Assembly: GCA_003133025.1 (NCBI GenBank) | Contig: PKZK01000054.1 | Span: forward strand, 1 to 15,304 | Direction: 5' to 3' | From: Vulcanimicrobiota bacterium | GTDB taxonomy: Bacteria > Vulcanimicrobiota > Vulcanimicrobiia > Vulcanimicrobiales > Vulcanimicrobiaceae | DNA: 15,304 nucleotides | In this document: positions 6,922-15,304 of the stretch, in pieces | Position numbering within the stretch: position 1 is the stretch's first letter | Layout of the letters: every line of letters starts with the position of its first letter | Translations under genes and position numbers: made by a program | Notes under the pieces: generated by a model | Seen by the model: only the letters and a program-made list of their open reading frames with translations | Told to the model about the DNA's origin: nothing | The model's database searches: none

Positions 6922-7272
6922 ATGAACGTCATCGACCTCCTCGAGAAAGAGCAACTCAAGTCCGACGTGCCGGACTTCCGTCCGGGCGATACCGTCAAGG
7001 TCTACTCCAAGATCGTCGAGGGCGGCAAAGAGCGCGTCCAGATGTTCGAGGGCGTGGTGATCGTCCGCAAGGGCGGCGCCATCGGCGAATCGATCACGGT
7101 GCGGCGCATCTCGCACGGCGTCGGCGTCGAGAAGTCGTTCCTGGTGCACAGCCCGCGCGTCGAAAAGATCGAAGTCTCCAAGCGCGGCATCGTGCGCCGC
7201 AGCCGGCTCTACTATCTCTCCGACAAGATCGGTAAGGCCGCCCGCATCAAAGAAAAGAAAGTCGCGCGCTAG
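6922..7272 (+). CDS. rplS: 50S ribosomal protein L19 (bL19)
   Basis: [55 protein letters not shown] 6922 follows AGGAAA. Confidence 0.98.
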   Translation: MNVIDLLEKEQLKSDVPDFRPGDTVKVYSKIVEGGKERVQMFEGVVIVRKGGAIGESITVRRISHGVGVEKSFLVHSPRVEKIEVSKRGIVRRSRLYYLSDKIGKAARIKEKKVAR

Positions 7273-7285
7273 CGCTGCAGGCGCC

Positions 7286-8083
7286 GTGACCCCCCTCGAG
7301 CTTTTCGGACTCATCTGCCTGCTCGGCGTGGCCCGGGTGGCCATATCCTTGCGGCCGGTCCAGATCGGCGCCGGCAGCGCCGCGTTGCCGCCGCTCGAAG
7401 GCGATGCCGCCGCGTCCAGCACCGAAGGCGCGAGCGCCGAGGTACAACCGCCGCTCTCGGTCGTCATCAAGGAATACCTGGACGCGTTCATCGTGGCCGG
7501 GCTCGTGGCGCTCTTCCTGATCACGTTCGTCGTTCGAACCTTCTTCATCCCGTCGGGCTCGATGGAACCGACGCTGCAGATTCACGACGTGCTGCTGGTC
7601 AACGAATTCGAGTACCGCTTGAGCAAACCGCACGATGAAGACATCGTGGTGTTCACGCCCGCGATCGCGAGCACCAACGATTTCATCAAACGGCTGATCG
7701 GAAGCCCCGGCGAGAATCTGCGCATCCACGAAGGCATTGTCTACCGCGACGGCAAGCCGCTCGACGAGCCGTACATCGCCCAACGGCCCAACTACGAGCT
7801 GGAAATCAAGAATTACGGGATCTACGTCGACGGCGTGGCGCTCGACCCCGCGCAAGCCAACATCCCGCCCCGGGATAAGTGGCAAGCGCCCGATCGCATT
7901 CCCGAAGGCTGCTATTTCATGATGGGCGACAATCGAAACGATTCCGACGACTCGCACATTTGGGGCTTCGCACAGACCGGCGGCACGTTCTACGCCGGGC
8001 CGCAAAAGGGTCAGAAGGCGGGCTTCACGGGCCACGCGTTCTTGCTCTTCTGGCCGCTCGACCGCATTCGCATCCTGCACTAA
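7286..8083 (+). CDS. lepB: Signal peptidase I (S26), copy 1
   Basis: IPSGSMEPTL (Ser), FIKRLIG (Lys), MGDNRNDSDDSH.WG; two N-terminal hydrophobic segments. Confidence 0.95.
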   Translation: MTPLELFGLICLLGVARVAISLRPVQIGAGSAALPPLEGDAAASSTEGASAEVQPPLSVVIKEYLDAFIVAGLVALFLITFVVRTFFIPSGSMEPTLQIHDVLLVNEFEYRLSKPHDEDIVVFTPAIASTNDFIKRLIGSPGENLRIHEGIVYRDGKPLDEPYIAQRPNYELEIKNYGIYVDGVALDPAQANIPPRDKWQAPDRIPEGCYFMMGDNRNDSDDSHIWGFAQTGGTFYAGPQKGQKAGFTGHAFLLFWPLDRIRILH

Positions 8084-8141
8084 ACGGCAGCGAACGCCGT
8101 TAGCGCACGGGAGCCTGCGCGCGAGCGCAGAAGCGTCAGGC

Positions 8142-8663
8142 GTGCTGTCGCCTCACGTCCGATGGAGATCGGCGGCGAACCTCGCGTGGCAACTCGCGCT
8201 CCTGGCCGTCCTGATCTACGCGATCGCGGGCGTGCGTCCGGGTCAAGTCAGTGGTCTCTCGATGGAACCGCGCATCGACTCCGACGAGTACGTGTTGATC
8301 AACGCGCTCGCATATCACCTCGGAGCTACGCCGCAACGCGGCGAGGTCGTGGCCTTTCGGCACGAGCGCTCGGCGCCGTCGGTCTACCTCAAGCGCCTCA
8401 TCGGCGTACCCGGCGACCGCATCGAGATCAGGCGCGGCATCGTCTTCGTGAACGGCGCGGAACTGACCGAACCCTACGTGCGCTTTCGCGACGCGCGCAG
8501 CGCCGCGGCCGTGACCGTGCCGCCGGGTGCGTACTACGTTTTGGGCGATAACCGCGCCAATAGCGACGACTCGCGCTTCTGGGGCTTCGTGCCCGCCGAC
8601 GACATCGTGGGCCGCGCGGTCTTTGCGGTGTGGCCGCTCGAGCGCGCCGGTGCCATTCGATGA
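8142..8663 (+). CDS. lepB: Signal peptidase I (S26), copy 2
   Basis: VSGLSMEP (Ser), YLKRLIG.PGD (Lys), LGDNRANSDDSRFWG; one N-terminal TM. Confidence 0.93.
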   Translation: MLSPHVRWRSAANLAWQLALLAVLIYAIAGVRPGQVSGLSMEPRIDSDEYVLINALAYHLGATPQRGEVVAFRHERSAPSVYLKRLIGVPGDRIEIRRGIVFVNGAELTEPYVRFRDARSAAAVTVPPGAYYVLGDNRANSDDSRFWGFVPADDIVGRAVFAVWPLERAGAIR

Positions 8664-9436
8664 CCGCCACCATCCAGTGGTATCCCGGTCACATGGCCAA
8701 GGCGATGCGTCGTCTCGCCGAAGATTTGCGCATCGTCGACGTGGTCATCGAAGCCGTCGACGCGCGCGTGCCGGGTGCCGGAGCGAATCCGGCATTAGAA
8801 CGCTTGGCGGCGCGCAAACCGCGCCTGCTCGTGCTGACCCGCGACGACCTCGCCGACCCGCTCCAGACCGAAGCCTGGCTCGAACGGTATCGCGCCGCCG
8901 GCCGCATCGCGCTCGCCGTGCATGCCAAGGAACGCGGCGGAGCGGCGCGCCTCAAAGCCGCGCTCGCCGCGCTTCCCGCGCAACACCGCACCGCGCGGGC
9001 GATCGTCGTCGGCATCCCCAACGCGGGCAAATCGACGCTGATCAACGCGCTGGTGGGCAAGAACGTGGCCCGCACCGAAGATCGCGCCGGCGTGACCCGC
9101 GCGCCGCAATGGTTTCGGGTGACCGAAACGTTGGAGTTGATCGACACGGCGGGCATCCTCGTGCCCAAGATCGATACGCCCGAAGCGCAGTGGAAGCTCG
9201 CCATGATCGGCGCGGTGCCGCGCGCGCGTTTCGACGCCGAAGACGTGGTCACGCGCTTCGCGGCCTGGGCTCGCGAGCGCGGTTTCGACGCCGTTCCCGA
9301 CTTGGAAACATATGCGCAATCGCGCGGCTTCGTGCGCCGCGGTAATCTCGTCGACATGCACAACGCGGCCTGGGCGTACATGAAGGATTACAACGAGGGC
9401 CGCTTCGGCCGCTTGACCTTGGAGGCTCCGGAGTGA
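8660..9436 (+). CDS. rbgA: Ribosome biogenesis GTPase RbgA/YlqF
   Basis: IQWYPGHMAKA, DARVP, G1 GIPNAGKSTLIN, GVT, G3 DTAG; ATG 8660 overlaps the lepB2 stop (ATGA). Confidence 0.95.
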   Translation: MTATIQWYPGHMAKAMRRLAEDLRIVDVVIEAVDARVPGAGANPALERLAARKPRLLVLTRDDLADPLQTEAWLERYRAAGRIALAVHAKERGGAARLKAALAALPAQHRTARAIVVGIPNAGKSTLINALVGKNVARTEDRAGVTRAPQWFRVTETLELIDTAGILVPKIDTPEAQWKLAMIGAVPRARFDAEDVVTRFAAWARERGFDAVPDLETYAQSRGFVRRGNLVDMHNAAWAYMKDYNEGRFGRLTLEAPE

Positions 9437-10128
9437 GCGCGGCGGCGCAGGAGGCGGCGCGCAAACGCCGCCTCGCGCGCGAGCGCGAACGCAGACGCTT
9501 GAACCGTTTGCACGCGTACGAGCGCGCCGCGCTCGAACGCGGCTTTCGCGCAATCGGCGGCATCGATGAGGTGGGTCGCGGTCCGCTGGCGGGGCCGGTG
9601 GTCGCCGCCTGCGTCGTGCTCGCCGGGCCGTTGATGCTGCGCGGACTCGACGATTCGAAGCGCGTCAAGCCGGCGCTGCGCATCGAACTCGCCGAGGTCA
9701 TCAAAGAACGCGCGACGGCCTGGGCCATCGGCGAGGCATCGGTCGACGAGATCGAACGCTTGAACATCTATCACGCGAGCCTGCTCGCGATGGAGCGAGC
9801 CCTCGCCGCGTTGCCGGCGCTGCCCGATTATCTCTTGACCGACGCCGTGCGCTTGCACTGTTATCGCGGCGAACAACTGCCCGTGATCAAAGGCGATGCG
9901 AAGTGCGCGAGCGTCGCGGCGGCCTCGATCTTGGCCAAAGTCCATCGCGACCGGCTTCTGGTAGAGCTCGACCGGTTACATCCCGAGTACGGCTTCGCCG
10001 ACCACAAGGGCTACGCGACCGCGCAGCACATCGACGCGCTGGCCCGGCACGGACCGTGCGCGCACCATCGCCGCGGCTTTCTCCGCGTGGACGCCGCCCT
10101 GTCGCTGTTCGATTTCGAACCCGCGTGA
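9433..10128 (+). CDS. rnhB: Ribonuclease HII
   Basis: GIDEVGRGPLAGPVVA, DDSK, IKGDAK..SVAAASILAKV.RD, HKGY; GTGA overlap with rbgA. Confidence 0.97.
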   Translation: MSAAAQEAARKRRLARERERRRLNRLHAYERAALERGFRAIGGIDEVGRGPLAGPVVAACVVLAGPLMLRGLDDSKRVKPALRIELAEVIKERATAWAIGEASVDEIERLNIYHASLLAMERALAALPALPDYLLTDAVRLHCYRGEQLPVIKGDAKCASVAAASILAKVHRDRLLVELDRLHPEYGFADHKGYATAQHIDALARHGPCAHHRRGFLRVDAALSLFDFEPA

Positions 10129-10466
10129 GCGGCGGGGCCGCCAGGGGACGCGCGGGCGAAGAGGCCGCGGCGCGTTACCTCGAGTCGATCGGCTTCCGCA
10201 TCCTTCGCCGCAACGCGCGCGGCCCCGGCGGCGAGATCGACATCATGGCGCGCGATGGGCCGGTGCTGGTGTTCGTGGAGGTCAAGGCTCGCGGCGGGCG
10301 CACGTTCGGTTCGGCCCTCGGAGCGGTCGATGCCCGAAAACGCGCGCGCATCCGGACCCTGGCCGCAGATTATCTCCAGTTTTTCCCTGCAGCGACGGAA
10401 GTTCGCTTCGACGTGATAACCTTCGAGGGCGGGCGCATCGCCCATCACCGCGGAGCATTCGCTTGA
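10125..10466 (+). CDS. yraN: YraN family (UPF0102) PD-(D/E)XK putative endonuclease
   Basis: G..GEEAAA.YL...G, GEIDI, LVFVEVKAR, RFDVI; GTG 10125 overlaps the rnhB stop; usual position after rnhB. Confidence 0.92.
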   Translation: MSGGAARGRAGEEAAARYLESIGFRILRRNARGPGGEIDIMARDGPVLVFVEVKARGGRTFGSALGAVDARKRARIRTLAADYLQFFPAATEVRFDVITFEGGRIAHHRGAFA

Positions 10467-10532
10467 ACGCAGGATTTCCCAAGAGGCGAAGGGCACCGTT
10501 CCGCCTCGTGCGGATGGGCATAAGCGCGTCAG

Positions 10533-12188
10533 ATGGCGGATAGCGCGGGAACGGCACAACTCACGGCGGCGGCACCCGCGACGCCGACTCTGCGCCGCTC
10601 GGTTACACCCTGGGGTTCGTTTTCGTGGGGCTACTCCGACGTCGGCGCCGACATCTTCGTCGGCCTGGGCTTGGTGCTGGGCGCGGCCGCAGGCGCTTCC
10701 AACGTCGCGTTCCTGTTCGCGGGCGTCGTCTACGTCTGCGTCGGCTTAGCCTACACCGAACTCGCCGCCGCCTATCCCGTCGCCGGCGGCGGCCAGTATT
10801 TCGTCATGCGCGGCCTCGGCGACATCTTCGGCTTCATCGCGGGCTGGGCCGTGCTGCTCGATTTTACGATCGACATCACGCTGTTCGCGTGGAGCTGCAT
10901 CGACTACCTGAGCAAACTCCTACCGATCTTGGCCTTCACGATTCACCCCTGGACGCACTTCTGGACCGTACTTTTGCTGATCGTCGGACTGGCCACGCTC
11001 AACTTCATCGGGGTTCGCGAGAGTTCGGCGTTCAACGAAGTCGTCAGCGGGCTCGACATCGCGAGCGAAACGGCGATCCTCTTCTTCGGCTTCGTCTTCG
11101 CCTTTCGGCCCGAGTTGCTGATCCACACGATGCACACCAGTTGGCCGACGCCGTTCAACCTGATGAACGGCGTGTCGCTGGCGATCATCTCGTTCGTCGG
11201 GTTGGAGTCGATCTCGCAGGCCGCGCAAGAGACGCAACGGCCGGCTTCGGTGATACCGCGAACCTCGATCAGCCTGATCTTGACCATCTTGATCTTCGCG
11301 CTCTCGTACTCGAACCTGGCGCTGGGCATGCAGCCGGCGCACGCCCTGCCGCTCGACGCGCACGGTCACGAGCAGCAGCTCTGGGCCTTCCTGGGCAACG
11401 AAGACAACAACGGCGCGTCGGTCCAAGTGCTGGCCTCGCTCGTGCCCTATTACGGCGCGCTGGCCGCGCTCTACGTGCCCGTGCTCGGCGCGATCTTGCT
11501 GCTCATCTCGAGCAACTCGGGCGTGTTCGGTTCTTCGCGCATCGCCTACGCGATGAGCCAGGCGCGCTTGCTGCCCAGCCTCTTCCGTAGCGTTCACCCG
11601 AAGTTTCGTACGCCGGCCGTATCCATCGCGATCTTCTGCGGCTTCGCGATCCTCGAATTGATCTTCGCCGCACTGCCCAGCATCTCGCCGGGCTCGAAGG
11701 ACGTCTACGCGCGCTTATTCCGCGGCGAAGACGGCATCACGTTCCTGGGCGACCTCTACGCGTTCGGCGCGGCGGCGAGCTACTCGTTCGTCTTTCTCGC
11801 CTTGATCTCGCTGCGCCTCAACGATCCGGCCGTCCCGCGCAAGTTCAAGATGCCCTTCAACATACCGTTTACCTACAGGGGCGCGCGCGTCGAATTCCCG
11901 CTGGTTGCGGTGGTCGGCTTCCTGGGCATCTTTTCCATCCTGTTCTTCGTCATGCTGACCCACGTGATCGGGCGCATCGCGGGCCCCTCGTGGATCGTGC
12001 TGGGCATCTTCGGGTATCTGGCCTACCGGCGCTACAAAGGCTATCCGATGTTCCGTTCGCGCCCGCACGATTGGCGCAACCAGCAAACCAAAATACTCCA
12101 GGAAGCGGGCGAGCTGGAGTTGATGGACGAGTACCTGTCCAATTTGAAGGCGGTCGACGAACAGCGCGCCAAGGCCGGAAGCGCATGA
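10533..12188 (+). CDS. APC-superfamily permease (~12 TM), possibly KimA/KUP-related cation transporter
   Basis: YTELAAAYPVAGGGQYF, GFIAGWA.LLD, SFVGLESISQAAQE, SSRIAYAMS..LLP..F..VHPKFRTP motifs. Confidence 0.9.
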   Translation: MADSAGTAQLTAAAPATPTLRRSVTPWGSFSWGYSDVGADIFVGLGLVLGAAAGASNVAFLFAGVVYVCVGLAYTELAAAYPVAGGGQYFVMRGLGDIFGFIAGWAVLLDFTIDITLFAWSCIDYLSKLLPILAFTIHPWTHFWTVLLLIVGLATLNFIGVRESSAFNEVVSGLDIASETAILFFGFVFAFRPELLIHTMHTSWPTPFNLMNGVSLAIISFVGLESISQAAQETQRPASVIPRTSISLILTILIFALSYSNLALGMQPAHALPLDAHGHEQQLWAFLGNEDNNGASVQVLASLVPYYGALAALYVPVLGAILLLISSNSGVFGSSRIAYAMSQARLLPSLFRSVHPKFRTPAVSIAIFCGFAILELIFAALPSISPGSKDVYARLFRGEDGITFLGDLYAFGAAASYSFVFLALISLRLNDPAVPRKFKMPFNIPFTYRGARVEFPLVAVVGFLGIFSILFFVMLTHVIGRIAGPSWIVLGIFGYLAYRRYKGYPMFRSRPHDWRNQQTKILQEAGELELMDEYLSNLKAVDEQRAKAGSA

Positions 12189-12397
12189 GGAACGTCGTTC
12201 GCTCCGAGGGCTACGCGCGGACACGGGTCGGCATCGGCGCCGCGGCCGCCGTGCTCGGCGCGATCACGCTCTACCGGACGATCGCTTCGGTCGGGCTCAA
12301 GCTCGAAGCATTGCCCGCCTACGTGCTCGGCCTCGCCTTGATCGCGCTCGGCGTCGTGCGCTGGCGCGAATTCCGCGCCGCGCGGAAACCCTCGTGA
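12185..12397 (+). CDS. Small (70 aa) two-TM membrane protein
   Basis: ATG 12185 overlaps the permease stop (ATGA); two hydrophobic helices (VGIGAAAAVLGAITLY, LPAYVLGLALIALGVV); stop overlaps the next GTG. Confidence 0.75.
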   Translation: MRNVVRSEGYARTRVGIGAAAAVLGAITLYRTIASVGLKLEALPAYVLGLALIALGVVRWREFRAARKPS

Positions 12398-13032
12398 CGC
12401 CCGGCGATTCGCAACCGCACCTGATCGGGCTGCTGCTCGGCCTGTTCGTGGTCGTCGCGATCGCGTCGACGGTGTACTGGATGCTGCACCCGCCGACGAC
12501 GGTTGCCGAGCGCGCCGCCCGCGAGACCGAACGCGACATCGAAGATATCGTCGGCAGCATCATCGTGGTCTTCTCGAGCGACATCCACTCCGAACACATG
12601 ATGGCACTCGCGGCGCGGCTCGCCCAAAAGGAGCGCGCTCAACTGCTGGCCGCGTACATCATCGAGGTGCCGTTGACGCTGCCCGTCGGCGCCGAGATGG
12701 AGGTCGAGCGGCGCGCAGCGCTCGGCGTGCTCGCGACGGCCGAAGCGATCGCGCGCCAGCGCAACGTCGAGATCGAGACCGAGGTCATTCCGGCCCGGCA
12801 GGTCAGTCAAGGCGTGCTCGACTTGGCCAAGAAGCGGGACGCCCACCTGATCGTGGTGGGCGCCTATCGCGAAGGCAAGTATTCCGGCGCGCCGCTGGGC
12901 CGGGCGATCGAGCAGATCGCCGCCAACGCGGCCTGCGACGTGATCATCGGCGTGCAAGGCCACAAGGGCAAAATCCTTGCCCAAAAATCGCCGAGCATGC
13001 CCAAAGTCAACGTCGAGGAAGTCACCTACTAG
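12394..13032 (+). CDS. Universal stress protein (USP) domain protein with N-terminal TM anchor
   Basis: TM LIGLLLGLFVVVAIASTVYWML, then USP pattern IIVVFS..., A.LA, L.AYIIEVP, DAHLIVVGA, G....I...AACDVII. Confidence 0.88.
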   Translation: MTPGDSQPHLIGLLLGLFVVVAIASTVYWMLHPPTTVAERAARETERDIEDIVGSIIVVFSSDIHSEHMMALAARLAQKERAQLLAAYIIEVPLTLPVGAEMEVERRAALGVLATAEAIARQRNVEIETEVIPARQVSQGVLDLAKKRDAHLIVVGAYREGKYSGAPLGRAIEQIAANAACDVIIGVQGHKGKILAQKSPSMPKVNVEEVTY

Positions 13033-13046
13033 GAGCCGTAGGGCGG

Positions 13047-14039
13047 CTAGAGCGTCAGATAGCGCTTACGCAGTTCGTCCACGATGACCGCGATCAAGAT
13101 GACCGCACCCAAGGCGATCTCTTGCGTGTAGGATTCGATGTTCAGCAGGTTCATCACGTTGTTGAGCAAGCCGATGAGCAGCGCGCCGAAGAACGTGCCC
13201 ACGATGCCGCCGCGCCCGCCCATCAGCGAGGTGCCGCCCACCACCACGGCCGCGATCGATTGCAGTTCCGAGCCGATGCCCGTGTTGGGCGAGCCGGAAG
13301 AAAAGCGGGCCATGTAGAGCAGGCCCGCGACCGCGGCACAGCCGCCCGAGATCACGTAGACCATCGTCTTGACCAAGCCCACGTTGATGCCCGCGAGCCT
13401 CGCGGCCTCCTCGTTGCCGCCGATGGCGAAGACGTACCGGCCGAACCGCGTGCGGGTCAGCACGATGGCGAAGACGACGACGATGACCGCCATCCACAAC
13501 ACGGCGATCGGAATTCCCGGGAGGCCCAGCGGCTTGAGCAGGCCCTCGAACAGAAAGCCCGTGCCGATGCCGTCGAACGCGTTCGAATTGATCGGGATCG
13601 GACGTCCGTGCGCCAGTTTGAACGCCAGGCCGCGGGCCATCAACATCATGGCCAGCGTGGTGATGAACGGCGGCAGGTTGAGCTTGACCACGGGCAGCGC
13701 GTTGATCAAGCCCGCGCTGCAACCCACCGCGAGGCCCACCAGCAGCGTCGCGACGATCAAGCCCACGCCCCCGAAGGGCATGGCGTTGGCGAAGGTCGCC
13801 ATCACCACGCCGGTCAGCTCGATCAACGAACCGACGGAGAGATCGATGCCGGCGGTGATGATCACGAAGGTCTGACCCACCGCCAGGATCGCGTTATAGG
13901 TGATCTGACGCAGAACGTTGGTCAGGTTTCCCGGCGTCAGAAACGAACCTTGCGCGAAAACGTTGATGACCACGACGAGCACGGCCAGGCCCAGCACGAG
14001 GCCGAGCGTGCGGAGCAGCAGCGTGCGGGGGGAAGTCAC
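13047..14039 (-). CDS. Monosaccharide ABC transporter permease (RbsC-like)
   Basis: GQTFVIITAGIDLSVGS, PPFITTL, TRFGRYVFAIGGNEEAARLAGI, ELQSIAAVVVGGTSLMGG.G; GTG 14039 overlaps the ATPase stop. Confidence 0.93.
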   Translation of the reverse strand: MTSPRTLLLRTLGLVLGLAVLVVVINVFAQGSFLTPGNLTNVLRQITYNAILAVGQTFVIITAGIDLSVGSLIELTGVVMATFANAMPFGGVGLIVATLLVGLAVGCSAGLINALPVVKLNLPPFITTLAMMLMARGLAFKLAHGRPIPINSNAFDGIGTGFLFEGLLKPLGLPGIPIAVLWMAVIVVVFAIVLTRTRFGRYVFAIGGNEEAARLAGINVGLVKTMVYVISGGCAAVAGLLYMARFSSGSPNTGIGSELQSIAAVVVGGTSLMGGRGGIVGTFFGALLIGLLNNVMNLLNIESYTQEIALGAVILIAVIVDELRKRYLTL

Positions 14040-15304
14040 GCCGCCGCACCCGCGCCGGCGCCGGTTGCGACCGCGATCACCGCATCGGGCGTGGCCTCGG
14101 CGCGCGTGAACTCCGCGCGAATCGCGCCTTCGCGAACGACGAACACGCGATGCGACATGCCCAGCACCTCGGGCAGTTCGCTCGAGACCATCACGATGCC
14201 GGCGCCGCGCGCGAGCAGTTCCAGCATGAGCGCGTAGATCTCGGCCTTTGCGCCGACGTCGATCCCGCGCGTCGGTTCGTCGAACAGATACACTTTGGCC
14301 GCGCCGATCAGCCACTTGGCGAGCACGACCTTCTGTTGGTTGCCGCCCGACAGATTGCGCACGCTCTGTTCGCTGCCCGGCGTGCGAATGCGCAGTTCCT
14401 CGATCTCGCGAGCCGCGATCGCCGCCTCAGCGCGGCGATCGACGAAGCCGGCGCGCGCGTACGCGTCGAGGTGCGCGAGGGTCGTGTTCTCGCGCACGCT
14501 CATGCCCAGCACGAGGCCCTGTGCCTTGCGGTCCTCGGTGATCAGCGCGATGCCGGCCTCGATCGCCGAGTGCGGACCACGAACGACCACGGGTTTGCCC
14601 GCGACCTCGATGCTGCCCGCCGTCGGCGCGTCGGCGCCCGCGATCGCGCGCACGATCTCCGTGCGGCCCGCGCCGACGAGTCCGGCCAAACCGACGATTT
14701 CGCCCGCGCGCACTTCCAGATCCAGGCCGCGACGCACCCGCTCCGAGGTCAAGCCGCGAACGCGCAACGCAGAGGGTGCGTCCGCGGGCACCGCGGGCAA
14801 CTCGGGAAATTGCGCCGCCAACGACCGGCCGACCATCAGGCGCACCAGATCCGCTTGCGGCATCTGCGCCGTCGGCCGCGTTTCGATCGTCCGGCCGTCG
14901 CGAATGACGGTGACGCGGTCCGAGATGCGCGGCAACTCCTCGAGCCTGTGCGAGATGTAGATCAGAGCAACTCCCTGCGCCTTGAGCTTCGCGATCAGCC
15001 CGAAGAGCGCGTCGATCTCACGCTCGGTCAGCGCGGCCGTCGGTTCGTCCATGACCAGCAGGCGCGCCTTGCGGGCCAGGGCCTTTGCGATCTCGACCAT
15101 CTGCTGTTGCGCCACCGAGAGGCGTCGCGCGGGGAGTTCGAGCGGCAGCGCGATGCCGAGGTCGTGCAACACCGCCGCGGCGCGGCGCGACGCTTCGCGG
15201 CGATCGAGCCAAAGGCCGCGTCGCGGCTCGTGGCCGAGCACGATATTCTCGACTACGCCGAGATCCGGAACCAGGTTGAACTCTTGATAGATCATGCCGA
15301 TGCC
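14036..15304 (-). CDS. Monosaccharide ABC transporter dual-domain ATPase (RbsA/MglA-like), 5'-truncated by window edge
   Basis: IYQEFNL, LSVAQQQMVEIAKAL, MDEPT, YISHRL, GLVGAGRTE, LSGGNQQKV, FDEPTRGIDVGAK; frame is open to base 15304. Confidence 0.95.
   Translation of the reverse strand, partial: GIGMIYQEFNLVPDLGVVENIVLGHEPRRGLWLDRREASRRAAAVLHDLGIALPLELPARRLSVAQQQMVEIAKALARKARLLVMDEPTAALTEREIDALFGLIAKLKAQGVALIYISHRLEELPRISDRVTVIRDGRTIETRPTAQMPQADLVRLMVGRSLAAQFPELPAVPADAPSALRVRGLTSERVRRGLDLEVRAGEIVGLAGLVGAGRTEIVRAIAGADAPTAGSIEVAGKPVVVRGPHSAIEAGIALITEDRKAQGLVLGMSVRENTTLAHLDAYARAGFVDRRAEAAIAAREIEELRIRTPGSEQSVRNLSGGNQQKVVLAKWLIGAAKVYLFDEPTRGIDVGAKAEIYALMLELLARGAGIVMVSSELPEVLGMSHRVFVVREGAIRAEFTRAEATPDAVIAVATGAGAGAAA

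Noticed and set aside
10125..10466. YraN nuclease as part of a defence system
   Set aside because: Standard housekeeping position after rnhB; no methylase, Cas or toxin partner nearby.
13033..13049. Small hairpin AGCCG-TAGGG-CGGCT between convergent stops
   Set aside because: 5 bp stem with no U tract on either strand; too weak to call a terminator or REP.
14040..14315. N-terminal extension of the ABC permease
   Set aside because: Overlaps the ATPase gene out of frame; GTG 14039 gives a normal coupled start.
13122..14960. Long plus-strand ORFs (371, 168, 221 aa) opposite the ABC genes
   Set aside because: Antisense shadows caused by codon bias; no motifs.

Overview
High-GC bacterial chromosomal window made mostly of housekeeping genes. 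In order: 3' part of sufB plus a Rieske ferredoxin; a GT-C-type membrane glycosyltransferase (-); a stand-alone amidinotransferase/arginine-dihydrolase-like enzyme; an MmcQ/YjbR protein; rplU-prp with no rpmA; a small YtxH-like ORF; tatA/B (-); an unrecognised ~180 aa protein; a TPR protein (-); trmD-rplS-lepB-lepB-rbgA-rnhB-yraN; a translationally coupled trio of APC transporter, small 2-TM protein and membrane-anchored USP; and a ribose-type ABC permease and ATPase (-, truncated at the right edge). I saw no tRNA, rRNA, CRISPR array or transposase. High GC together with Firmicutes-like genes (prp, rbgA) suggests a Terrabacteria lineage such as Eremiobacterota/Armatimonadota (inference only). 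The best candidate for an undescribed system is the three-gene APC/2-TM/TM-USP unit, which looks like a split KimA/KUP-like transporter. Other oddities are Prp without its usual L27 neighbour, a probable CTG start for the Rieske gene, near-leaderless promoters and several structured intergenic elements. All family assignments come from motif recognition by eye; no searches were run.
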